A program made the translations under genes and the position numbers. A DNA stretch of 64,000 nucleotides from a bacterium (GTDB lineage Bacteria; Krumholzibacteriota; Krumholzibacteriia; LZORAL124-64-63): the NCBI GenBank assembly GCA_031441465.1, contig JANOEP010000046.1, positions 64,001 through 128,000 on the forward strand, written 5' to 3'. A model generated the notes under the pieces. That model ran no database searches and was not told the origin of the DNA. It saw only the letters and a list, made by a program, of their open reading frames with translations. This document shows, piece by piece, positions 40,001-47,991 of the stretch (position 1 is the stretch's first letter; the number at the start of each line of letters is the position of its first letter).

Positions 40001-41906
40001 GCTGCAGCGACGGATCGCCGAGCACCGCCATCGCCATCTGCGTCCAGCGTTCGACGGTGTTCTGCTGGGAGGCGGCGAGCCAGACCAGGCGGCTCGCATC
40101 CACCGCGGCGCCCGCGGACGGCTGGCGCTCGTCGAACACGGCGGCGTAGAAGCTCTTCTGGAAGTAGCCCGCCGTCTGGGCGAACGCCGCCCGGGAAGAG
40201 CCGATCGCCAGCACGGCGCCGCCCTGGGCGTTGGTCATGAACCGTTCCATGATGGAATGGTAGTCGAAGGCCGCCGAGGCGCAGTTCAGGTTGTTCAGGA
40301 TGAAGGCGTGGGGGCTGTTGACGAGGGCTGCCGCGTCGGTCAGGGACAGGGTCTTGTCGCCCACCGACATGTCGAAGAAGAACCCGTGACCGATATGATT
40401 GATGTAGCCGTACAACCCGGTGTTCATGGCGGCCAGCACGCCGGCCTTCGTCTCGGGTAGCGAGCCGGGCCACAGGGGGCTCGCTTCGTAATGCCTCGTG
40501 ACCGGAACGTTCTTCCCTTCGAGCACCTCGGTGATGATCGCCTCGCTGTACGCGGCGCCGTCGATCTCGATCGGGGTTCCCGGCGTGTAGGCGCTCGGGA
40601 ACAGGACTTCGCTGAGGAACAGGACCTGCGCGAGGTGCGGGCCGACGGCATCGCGCTCGTGGGCGAGGATCTTCGCCACGAACACCTGCGCCTCCGCGGC
40701 CGACCTGACCGGTGCGCGCCCGACGTGCAGTTCGGGGGCCAGATCGGCGCCGTCGCCGGGATCGTAGGTATTGAAGTAGGGCTCGCCCGGCGTCTGGTCG
40801 CCGTCGGCGTTCCAGTCGCCGTCCAGACCGCCGTAGTAGAGATCGACCGGGATGTGGGAGCCCGTGCCCGAAGGGTAGAAGGAGTTGTAGACCATCCGGA
40901 CCGGCAGCAGTTCGACGTCGCCGCCTAGCAGGGCGTAGTCGGCCCCCCAGCGCACGTAGGCGTCGGTCAGGAACGAGCGGATCGTCGCCGGCAGATCCTC
41001 CCCCGCCGGATAGGTCGCCTGGATCCAGGACAGTGTCCTGACGACCGTCGGGAGCCCCCGCGCGGTCTTGTAGTCGGCCAGTTGCTGGAACACGGACGAC
41101 AGTTCGTCGGTCGTGACGATGACCATGCCCACCGCGGGGCCGTCGAGGCTGGGCACGAGCGTCGGCGCGAAGGCGTCACCGGCCGCCCGGTCCCCGGAGA
41201 CGGCCGCCGGTATCGCGTACGCGTCGCGGGCGGACGGGTTGGCGACGAGCCGCGCCAGCGCAGCCGGCTGCAGGTCCGCGCCGCCGGGGTGGGAGCGCAG
41301 GCGCACGGCGCGCGGCGCCGGGTCGTCGTCCAGCTGCAGCCGGATCGTGAAGTCCGTGGCCGACTCGCGCTGGTCCCATGGCTTGCCCGCAGAAGTGCGG
41401 CGCAAACGCTCGGGATGGATGCGGACCGTCGCCAGCCCCATCCCGTGCCACACGGCCTGCCCCGTCAATTCGCCCCAGGACGCCGGATACCTGTCGTCCG
41501 CCTCGCCGGCGACGTTCCCGGCGCCCGGCAAACCTTCCGACGAAAGCAACGGCGGGCACGGGGTGGTGTCTCCCGGCGGCAGGGCCACGATCCCGTCGAC
41601 CGGAACGACCTCGGCCGCGAGCGCGCGTTGGCCGGGAGGCAGCAGGATCAGCAGGTCGCGGAACGGCATCTCGGGCCGGCCCGGCGCGCGCAGGAACCCC
41701 GCCGTCACCGGCGCGCCGGCTTGGTCGACACCGGTCACTTCCAAAACCAGCTCCCGATTCCCGGGGCCGGCGGCCCCCTGGGACGCTCCGACCGGGGCGA
41801 CGGCGAAGCCGACCAGGGTCAGCCAGGCGAACCCGCGCAGCCGGTTCCGCCATGACGGACCGGCTACCTCGAACCAGGGGCGGGACTTGGCGACGTACCG
41901 GTGCAA
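37077..41906 (-). CDS. Gingipain-like C25 cysteine peptidase with the same architecture (paralog 2)
   Basis: TTG 41906 with AAGGA RBS (starts MHRY, cf. MHRK in paralog 1); YALLGGD, VDLYYGGLDGDW, NHIGHG / LNCAS, VLGDP; FG-GAP repeats; QNVPNPFNP...AGVYLYRL...KMSLVR. Confidence 0.92.
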   Translation of the reverse strand: MHRYVAKSRPWFEVAGPSWRNRLRGFAWLTLVGFAVAPVGASQGAAGPGNRELVLEVTGVDQAGAPVTAGFLRAPGRPEMPFRDLLILLPPGQRALAAEVVPVDGIVALPPGDTTPCPPLLSSEGLPGAGNVAGEADDRYPASWGELTGQAVWHGMGLATVRIHPERLRRTSAGKPWDQRESATDFTIRLQLDDDPAPRAVRLRSHPGGADLQPAALARLVANPSARDAYAIPAAVSGDRAAGDAFAPTLVPSLDGPAVGMVIVTTDELSSVFQQLADYKTARGLPTVVRTLSWIQATYPAGEDLPATIRSFLTDAYVRWGADYALLGGDVELLPVRMVYNSFYPSGTGSHIPVDLYYGGLDGDWNADGDQTPGEPYFNTYDPGDGADLAPELHVGRAPVRSAAEAQVFVAKILAHERDAVGPHLAQVLFLSEVLFPSAYTPGTPIEIDGAAYSEAIITEVLEGKNVPVTRHYEASPLWPGSLPETKAGVLAAMNTGLYGYINHIGHGFFFDMSVGDKTLSLTDAAALVNSPHAFILNNLNCASAAFDYHSIMERFMTNAQGGAVLAIGSSRAAFAQTAGYFQKSFYAAVFDERQPSAGAAVDASRLVWLAASQQNTVERWTQMAMAVLGDPSLQLWTAAPQTLTVTAPAVLPLGPSTALIEVRRAGVSLAGARVCLYKAGDVLATGLTGADGTVALDVVPNSAGDLDLTVTAADCIPYAGGVAVGGSGQPYLGLATLTIFDNGAYGSAGNADGLPDAGEVIAVLPVLRNGGDAPLLQPAALSLACAHPAVDLLVAACQAPALAAGASGPAGAPLLIGLDRDLADRTELLFTLGSSDGYAVCREDFTLEVVAPALSPGILRWNDFPYGNGNGTIDVNEVIRVWFDLRNDGRGGAAGLTGWLETGLPGVNITAGTTSWPVLGPRGEVQQATEFLLSMNSISNSRRARLHIADGLGRTWVHEFDFSRPDQVSLPSVASPAALTAAISWPPSSATDIAGYHVYRSTTPNSGFQRLTAEPVHGGFFQDLGLAALTRYYYRVTAQDSSGLEGRQSSTGFLDSSPTEIGGFPIAMHAETSSHVAVGDIDGDGVLDVVTAADAIYAWDATGQELRDGDANPATSGPFISIGQTWTPAAVTLADLTPHPGLEIVASCRSGNSIYVFQGDGTTAPGWPRTINAWNWAAPAVGDLDGDGDAEVVVTSTAGITYVWHHDGRDFFDGDANPATVGVFQVRTGESYQFGAPLLVDVDHDGRREVVVVSRYMNGAADRVHALGNNAVDAAGWPFMLGAWSSSICSPAAGDLDGDGVLEIVFVTENDKLYVIDETGQAVAPFPLAFTANSGQAGIPCPSPALGDLDGDGVLDIVAVKVVDGHTSYLCAYRKNGTVIAGWPQLLASNSEASPLVGDITGDGRPDVIFGIGGGTDTSPNHIYGFRHDGTTVPGFPLVVGGPVRSTPTLTDLDRDGDVDLVYGGWDLAMHVWDLQQPWSPENMPWPTFHANGARTGVWTLPDTATGAGHPLPGAVLALRQNVPNPFNPATRIEFELPAGFRGEVALTVYDLLGREVRRLLNEVRTAGGHAVVWRGEDDAGRPVPAGVYLYRLRSAAGEAVGKMSLVR

Positions 41907-42020
41907 GGCTGGGTTGTCCTTCGGGCTGGTGTGTCCGGCAGGGCCGGGGCGAAACACATCCGCCGGAAACCGCAACTGTCAACACGGTGGGTAACATCCC
42001 GTTACCGATTGACTTACTCC

Positions 42021-42049
42021 ATATTACCACGTGGGCCCCGACCCGTCAA
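42021..42049 (-). promoter_or_regulatory. Putative sigma70 promoter for C25 paralog 2
   Basis: TTGACG-N17-TAATAT with a TG extension. Confidence 0.65.
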
Positions 42050-43368
42050 TCGCCCCCCTGCACTCCAGAGCGGCGGGAAGGCCCGTCGACGAGGCGGGAT
42101 TCGCCGGCGGCGGCGAAGAAGAGGCGTCCCCCCGGCAGCACGACCGGGCGCCTGGCATGCGAGAGGTTGCGCACCCAAAGCCCGTCCCCCGCTTGGCGCC
42201 ACGAGGTGCCGCCGCGCGACAGGCGCGCCACTTCCACGTCGGTCAGGTAGAGCGGTTCGTCGCCCAGAGCCGACAGGAGCCCCGCCAAGGCTTCCCGCCC
42301 CTCGGTCGCGACCTCCGGTTCGAGGTGGGCGTAGTTGACCCGGTGCGACTCGACGACGGCGGGTTCGCCCCGATTCCAGGCGCGGCGCACGCGGCGTTCG
42401 GCCCGGGCCGTCGCCTCTGCGGGGTCGCCGATCTGGGCCGTCTCCAGCCGGACATTGCGCTCGAGGTAGACGAGCCGGTGTTCGCTCAACCGGCGCAGGG
42501 GCCGGGCCAGGGCCTTGCGCAGACGACCGAGCGGCCCCTCGTAGTCCGGATGCCGTTGCTCGCGCTGGGATTGCACGACCGTCAAGCCCGCGGCGCGCCA
42601 CAGCCGCTCGTGCCGGCGGGACCAGTGGTAATCGGGGGCGATGACCGCGTCAGGGGCACGGCCGAAGACGACTTCAAAGGCCGTCAATCCCGTGGCGAGT
42701 TCGGCGGCGACCAGGGCGAGGGGGCGCGCGTCGTCCAATTCGAACGAGTGCTGGCTCCCCGGAAAGAGCAGGAACCCCCGCCGGGCCGCCGCGGCGGCGA
42801 TCGGATCGCGTGCGCAGGCGGCGGCGCGGGCCGCGGGATCGTAGTGCCAGAGCCCGTGGTATTCGGGGTACCACACGCCCGCCGCGACGGCGTCCGCCAC
42901 GGCCTTCCAGAGGCCGGGGCGCGCATATTCCGCGGGGAATTCGGGCAGGGTGCCGCTGCGGAAGGCCGGGCCGCCCGGCGAACCGGTCCCGGAGCCCGCC
43001 GCCAGCCAGCCCATGATGTAGTTGGGCTGCAGGACGGCCGGACCGCCGTCCCGGCCGCGGCATCCCGACAGCACGGCGGCCAGCGCGCTGACCGCGGCGC
43101 TGTCTTCCAGCGTCGAATTCAGGTAGGCGGCCGGGGTGTTGCCGGTGCGCAACCGGGCGAGGTTGTCGGCCACGACTCCGGAGCCGGCGACGGCGTCGGC
43201 GTCGGGCGCGTAACCGCACAGCCCCCAATCGTCGCTCTCGATCACCACGGCCCGCGCCGCCCGCCAGTCCACCAGGGACGGGGCGCCGCCCAGAACCAGG
43301 CCGAGACCCAGCAGGAGCGCGGCCGCCACGAGTGCGGCGCGTCCCGGTGTGAGCAGCCTTCCCGTCAT
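42046..43368 (-). CDS. Membrane-anchored hypothetical protein, polysaccharide deacetylase/NodB-like fold possible
   Basis: N-terminal TM; VVIESDDWG, PEYHGLWH, IAPDYHW, VESHRVNY resemble DD/HxxxH metal-binding motifs. Confidence 0.55.
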   Translation of the reverse strand: MTGRLLTPGRAALVAAALLLGLGLVLGGAPSLVDWRAARAVVIESDDWGLCGYAPDADAVAGSGVVADNLARLRTGNTPAAYLNSTLEDSAAVSALAAVLSGCRGRDGGPAVLQPNYIMGWLAAGSGTGSPGGPAFRSGTLPEFPAEYARPGLWKAVADAVAAGVWYPEYHGLWHYDPAARAAACARDPIAAAAARRGFLLFPGSQHSFELDDARPLALVAAELATGLTAFEVVFGRAPDAVIAPDYHWSRRHERLWRAAGLTVVQSQREQRHPDYEGPLGRLRKALARPLRRLSEHRLVYLERNVRLETAQIGDPAEATARAERRVRRAWNRGEPAVVESHRVNYAHLEPEVATEGREALAGLLSALGDEPLYLTDVEVARLSRGGTSWRQAGDGLWVRNLSHARRPVVLPGGRLFFAAAGESRLVDGPSRRSGVQGGD

Positions 43369-44024
43369 GGCGCCGTCTCCCCTCTCCAGCGGGCCCACCA
43401 GTACCACCCGTAGTCGAGCCCATCGCGCGCGATGGCCGCGGTGAGGGCGGCGGTCGCGCGGTCGGGCGCGCCGCCGTCGCCACGCAGCAGCGCCAGCACC
43501 CCTTCCCGATCGGGGGGCTCGGCGCGGTTGAGGTCGCGGCCGAAGCTCCATCCCGCGAGACCGACGGATCCGGCCAAGGCGCCCCGCAGCTCCTCGAGCG
43601 CCGGCAGGCGCCCGCGCGAGGGGACCAGGCGGGCCAACCAATCCCGCAGATCCCGGTCGTTGCGGCGCGCCGGGGTGTCGGCCCGCGGATCGTCCTGCAG
43701 GAGGTGCAGGCAGCCGCCCGGAGCCAGGCAGCCGATCCAGGCCGTCGCGTCCGCGACGACGTCGGCGGCGCCACCGAGATGGTGAAGCAGGTTCGCGGCC
43801 ACGATCAGGTTCACCGCGCCGGGGCGCACCGGCAACGCGCGGGCATCGCCCACGATACCGCCGGTGGGACCGGGTCGCCGGTTGTCCAGGGGGACCACGT
43901 CCGCGCCCGCCTCGCCCAACGCCCGCGTGAAGCGCCCGTCTCCGGCGCCCAGTTCGAGGACGACCCCGCCCCGCAGGCGGGCGAGGTCACTCCGCAGGAG
44001 GTCCGGGAGTGGTGAGAACGACAT
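43365..44024 (-). CDS. Class I SAM-dependent methyltransferase
   Basis: VLELGAGDGRF, GDARALP, NLLHHL, LAPGG. Confidence 0.85.
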   Translation of the reverse strand: MSFSPLPDLLRSDLARLRGGVVLELGAGDGRFTRALGEAGADVVPLDNRRPGPTGGIVGDARALPVRPGAVNLIVAANLLHHLGGAADVVADATAWIGCLAPGGCLHLLQDDPRADTPARRNDRDLRDWLARLVPSRGRLPALEELRGALAGSVGLAGWSFGRDLNRAEPPDREGVLALLRGDGGAPDRATAALTAAIARDGLDYGWYWWARWRGETAP

Positions 44025-45273
44025 CGTCGGCTTCCGGGCGCGCCGGGCGCGGGACGTCGCGGCGCGTTTCGGTGACGGTCGTGCCGCCGCCGGCCGCGGC
44101 GACGATCCGCTCGACCTTCTGGCGTTCGACCTGGATGTCGATGATCTCGGCGACCTGGCGGCGGCGGCGCCGGAAGGAATCCTCGACCTGGTCGTCGAGG
44201 CCGAGGACGAAGAACAGTTCGCTGAAGAAATCGAGCGTGGGACCGCTCGCCTCGTGCCGGCGGCGATCGCCCCAGATCTTGATCGGCCACAGCCAGCAAG
44301 CCAGCGCGGGCAGGCCCAGCCAGGCCTGATTCAGGTAGTCGCTGAGACCGAACATGATCGAACCGGCGGTGATCAGCAGCAGCAGCCGCACGGCGGCGCT
44401 CGGCTGGAAGCCCAGCCGCACCAGGCGGTGGTGCAGGTGGTAGTCGTCCGCTTCGAAGATCGAGGCGCGCTTGCGCGAGCGGCGGATGATCGTGGTGCCG
44501 GTGTCCCAGATCGGGACGATCATCGGCGCGAGCAGCAGCAGCAACGAGACGCCGCCGTGCTGCCCGAGGTGCATCAGGAGCATGGCCAGCACGAGGCCCA
44601 TCCACATGCTGCCCGAATCGCCCAGGAAGATCTTGCGGCTGCTCATGTTCCAGTACATGAAGGCGAGGGTCGCGCCGCCGAGGGCCGCGGCGTACACCAG
44701 CGAGGTGCCGTCGCCCAGGGCGGCGGCGATCGCGACGATGCCGCAGCAGGCCAGCACGCCGATCCCGCTGGCCAAGCCGTCGAGGCCGTCGATGAGGTTC
44801 ATGGAGTTGATGAAGCCCAGGTACCAGAGCAGGCTGATCGGCCAGGCCCAGCCCCCGAGATCGAAGGTGCCGAACAGCGGCAGGTCGATGGTCTGCAACC
44901 TCTGGCCGGCTACCATCAGGCCCAGGATCACCAGCAGCTGCCCGTAGAGCTTCTTCTCCGCGTGGATGTGGAAACGGTCGTCGCCCACGCCGAGGGCGAG
45001 GATCGCCAGACCGGACCCGCCGAGCACGGCCAGCCACGACCAGGGCAGAGCCCGGTGGAAGACCACGTTGTCCAGGATGAACAGGGTCACGAAGAAGGAG
45101 ATGAAGATGGCCATGCCGCCGGTGCGCGGCACCGGCACGCGGTGGGTTCGGCGGTAGCCGGGGTGGTCCACGATCCCGGTCAGGAAGCCCAAACTGCGAA
45201 AATGGGGCTGGACGAGCCATGAGAGCGCAAAGGCAACCATGGCCGCGACCAGGACGATGGACTGGTTGTTCAA
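43987..45273 (-). CDS. MraY/WecA-family polyprenyl-phosphate HexNAc-1-phosphate transferase
   Basis: RRTHRVPVPRTGG, GVGDD, NSMNLIDGLDGLA, IFLGDSGS, DDYHLHHRL; TTG start. Confidence 0.92.
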   Translation of the reverse strand: MNNQSIVLVAAMVAFALSWLVQPHFRSLGFLTGIVDHPGYRRTHRVPVPRTGGMAIFISFFVTLFILDNVVFHRALPWSWLAVLGGSGLAILALGVGDDRFHIHAEKKLYGQLLVILGLMVAGQRLQTIDLPLFGTFDLGGWAWPISLLWYLGFINSMNLIDGLDGLASGIGVLACCGIVAIAAALGDGTSLVYAAALGGATLAFMYWNMSSRKIFLGDSGSMWMGLVLAMLLMHLGQHGGVSLLLLLAPMIVPIWDTGTTIIRRSRKRASIFEADDYHLHHRLVRLGFQPSAAVRLLLLITAGSIMFGLSDYLNQAWLGLPALACWLWPIKIWGDRRRHEASGPTLDFFSELFFVLGLDDQVEDSFRRRRRQVAEIIDIQVERQKVERIVAAAGGGTTVTETRRDVPRPARPEADDVVLTTPGPPAE

Positions 45274-45324
45274 ATTGATCCCCTTGGCATTCCCGTCGAT
45301 CCGTCGTCGGGACGAGCCAACCGA

Positions 45325-45353
45325 ACCCTAGGTCAGCCCCAGGGTGGTGGCAA
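45325..45353 (-). promoter_or_regulatory. Putative sigma70 promoter for the wecA-like gene
   Basis: TTGCCA-N17-TAGGGT. Confidence 0.45.
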
Positions 45354-45356
45354 CGA

Positions 45357-46490
45357 TTAATTGGCGCCGTCGGTGCGAACGTCCAATAGCCTGAGGTATG
45401 CCGCGAGCGTCCTTTCCGCGGTGGAGCGCCAGGTCCAGATCGGGATCCGCGCCTCCCCGGCGCGAACCAGCCGATCGGCGAGCCCGGGCTCGCTCGAGAT
45501 CCTGTGCATGGCGTCGGCGATGCCCCGAGGGGATTCGGGATCGACCAGCAGGGCGGCGTCTCCCGCCACCTCCCGCATGGCCCCCCGATCGGATGTGATC
45601 ACCGGAAGGCGGGCCGCCATCGCCTCCAAGATCGGGAAACCGAACCCTTCGTGCAAGGAGGGAAAGAGCAAGGCCCGGGCCGAAACGAACTCCGCCCAGA
45701 GGGAATCACGGTCCCGGTACCCGACCAGCTCGACGGCGCCCGCGGCCACGGATCGCTGCAATCGCTCCAACAACGGGCGGTTGCACCAGCCCGGCGCGCC
45801 GATCACGCGCAAGCGGGGCGCCGGCGCCCCGGCCCCGGTCCGTGCCCGTGCGATTTCCAGGGCCGACAGGATGTTGTCGAGATTCTTGCGGGGCTCCAGG
45901 GCGCCGACGAACAGGAACGGCGCCCTGGCGGGCCGCTCGCGAGGAGCGGCGCGGCCCGCGGTCCAGGCGGGCGTGCCGAACGGGGTGGGCAGGATCTTGC
46001 CGGTGGTGAACGGAAAGGCCGCCGCCACCTCGCGGCCGGTCGCCGCCGAATTCACCAGCACGGCATCGGCGCGGCGCAACCCGGCCGGCAGGGTCGCCGC
46101 GTACCAGAGACGTCGCGCCGTCGGCACTGACCCCGGCAGGGAACGGAAGGCCAGGTCGTGGACGGTGACCGCCAGCCGGCAGGGCGTCCACAGCGGAGGC
46201 GGGATCGTCAAGGAGTGCAGGACGCCGGCGCCGAGCCGGCGGGCCACGCTCCCGAGCCGCCAACCGACGCTCGCCAGCCGCCCCGCGGGCAACGCCACCA
46301 GCTCCCATTGCGCGCGCCCCGGCGCGGCGTCGAGGCAGGTGAACAGCTCGGGATGGGAGGTCGCCAGGGCGAAGCGCAGCGGTCGCTCCTCGGCCGCCAG
46401 GGCCGTCACCAGCTCGACCATCGACCAGGCCACGCCCGTGCAGGGCGGCCGGGCGGCCGAGGCGTCCAGCAGGACCAGCGGCCGGCTCAC
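45357..46490 (-). CDS. Glycosyltransferase family 4 (GT-B)
   Basis: VTVHDLAF, FVGALEPRKN, FPSLHEGFGFPILEAMA, EVAGDAALLVDP; GTG 46490. Confidence 0.93.
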   Translation of the reverse strand: MSRPLVLLDASAARPPCTGVAWSMVELVTALAAEERPLRFALATSHPELFTCLDAAPGRAQWELVALPAGRLASVGWRLGSVARRLGAGVLHSLTIPPPLWTPCRLAVTVHDLAFRSLPGSVPTARRLWYAATLPAGLRRADAVLVNSAATGREVAAAFPFTTGKILPTPFGTPAWTAGRAAPRERPARAPFLFVGALEPRKNLDNILSALEIARARTGAGAPAPRLRVIGAPGWCNRPLLERLQRSVAAGAVELVGYRDRDSLWAEFVSARALLFPSLHEGFGFPILEAMAARLPVITSDRGAMREVAGDAALLVDPESPRGIADAMHRISSEPGLADRLVRAGEARIPIWTWRSTAERTLAAYLRLLDVRTDGAN

Positions 46491-47944
46491 GGCGACCCCT
46501 CCCCGGTGTTCGTGCGCTCGGGGCACGTCGCCGCCAACAGCATCCCCAGCGCCACCCAGATGTGGGGCAGGTTGTCCTGGGAGAAGGTCAGCAGTTGGGA
46601 CCAGACGCCGACGACGGCGGCGGCCGCGGCCACGATGCGCAGGCGCTCGTCCGCCCGGGGCGTGACGGCCACGGTCAGCGCGCGCCAGGTCCGCCGCGCT
46701 GTGGCGACGACACCGGCGAGGAACACGGCCAGACCCGGCGCACCGGTCTCGCCGAGGATCTTCAGCACCACGTTGTTCGCGACCGGCCAGGCGAACTGGC
46801 TCTGCAGGCCCATCGGCTCCACCAGCAACGGGAAATGGAAACCGTACTGCCCCCAGCCCACGCCGGTCCAGGGCGCCGCCAGGAAGCAGCGCCAGGCGGC
46901 CTGCATCGAATACCACCGCGTGAGGTTGGACCAGTCCTCGGTGCTGAAGGTCTGGAGCAGGCGCCTCAGGATCAGCAGCGGGCCGTCGCCGCCGGTGACC
47001 GCGACGGCGACGGTGACGACGGCCGCCACGGCCAGGACGGGGCGCAGCCAGCGCCGCCGCGGCGGCAGGACGCCCGCCCGCGCGCCGGCGACGACCGCGC
47101 AGACGGTCGACAGGCCGGCCGCGAACCAGGCGCCGCGCGACCAGGTCAGCAGCAGCAGCGCGAGGCCGCCCCCGATCAGCGCCTCCCGGCGGTAGCCGGG
47201 ACGACCGGCGGCCCACAGCCACGGCAGGACCGCCAGCAGGTAGTTGCCGAGGTAGAGGGGTTCGCAGATCGTCCCGCGCAGGCGCGGGATGCCGACGAAG
47301 CCGCGGCCGAGGTAGAGTTCCTCCGAACCGCTGAGGATCGACGCGTTCGACGTGACCACGTGCTCCGTCCAGGCGAACGCCGCGCCGGGTCGGTAGAAGC
47401 CCCAGGCCTGCCACGCGGCGTACAGCAACTGCAGGATCAGGCCCGCGGCCAGCGCGCCGACCGCCGTGCGCCAGCGGCGCTCGTCGCCGCGCAGCCACCA
47501 CGCCGTGTGCAGGGCGAAGACGGCGGTCACGCCCCACTGCACGACCTGTTTCGCGTAGCGCAGCCAGGCTTCCTGGGGCGAGGCCAGCGAGGGCGCCAGC
47601 ACCAAGCCGAGGGCGGACAACAGGAGCGCTCCGAGCGCGGCGAGCCACGGCCAGCCGCCGACGTCGGCCCAACCGGCCAGCAAGCGCCGCGGCCCGACGT
47701 TGACGGCGGCCAGGGTCACGGCCGCGGCCATCAGCAGGTACGAGGGCTGGAAACCGGCACCGGGATCCCGGCCGGTCAGCAACGTGACCAGCCCGACCCC
47801 GGCCAGGGGCAAGCTGGCGAGAGCGGCGACGACCATGGCCTCGGCCCCGTGTCCCAGGGCCGAACGGTGTCCATGAAGAGGGCCGGCCCCGCGTTGGTCA
47901 GGCGAGGGGGGCCGGCCCCACCGGATCGGCATGCGTCGGTTCAT
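46487..47944 (-). CDS. O-antigen ligase/polymerase (Wzy_C) family membrane protein
   Basis: RLRGTICEP, LLTWSRGAW, SNLTR, PWTGVGWGQY, NNVVLKILGETG; about 11 TM helices. Confidence 0.85.
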   Translation of the reverse strand: MNRRMPIRWGRPPSPDQRGAGPLHGHRSALGHGAEAMVVAALASLPLAGVGLVTLLTGRDPGAGFQPSYLLMAAAVTLAAVNVGPRRLLAGWADVGGWPWLAALGALLLSALGLVLAPSLASPQEAWLRYAKQVVQWGVTAVFALHTAWWLRGDERRWRTAVGALAAGLILQLLYAAWQAWGFYRPGAAFAWTEHVVTSNASILSGSEELYLGRGFVGIPRLRGTICEPLYLGNYLLAVLPWLWAAGRPGYRREALIGGGLALLLLTWSRGAWFAAGLSTVCAVVAGARAGVLPPRRRWLRPVLAVAAVVTVAVAVTGGDGPLLILRRLLQTFSTEDWSNLTRWYSMQAAWRCFLAAPWTGVGWGQYGFHFPLLVEPMGLQSQFAWPVANNVVLKILGETGAPGLAVFLAGVVATARRTWRALTVAVTPRADERLRIVAAAAAVVGVWSQLLTFSQDNLPHIWVALGMLLAATCPERTNTGEGSP

Positions 47945-47950
47945 GCGGGC

Positions 47951-47979
47951 ACTCTAACGCGACCGGACCCGCCGTACAA
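47951..47979 (-). promoter_or_regulatory. Putative sigma70 promoter giving a leaderless mRNA
   Basis: TTGTAC-N17-TAGAGT ending 6 nt before ATG 47944; no Shine-Dalgarno sequence. Confidence 0.5.
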
Positions 47980-47991
47980 GCGCCGGTGCGC

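Noticed and set aside
35142..40290. 31-bp exact repeat at 35142-35172 and 40260-40290
   Set aside because: It encodes the conserved catalytic-Cys motif LNCASAAFDY in both paralogs; not a mobile-element, CRISPR or DGR repeat.
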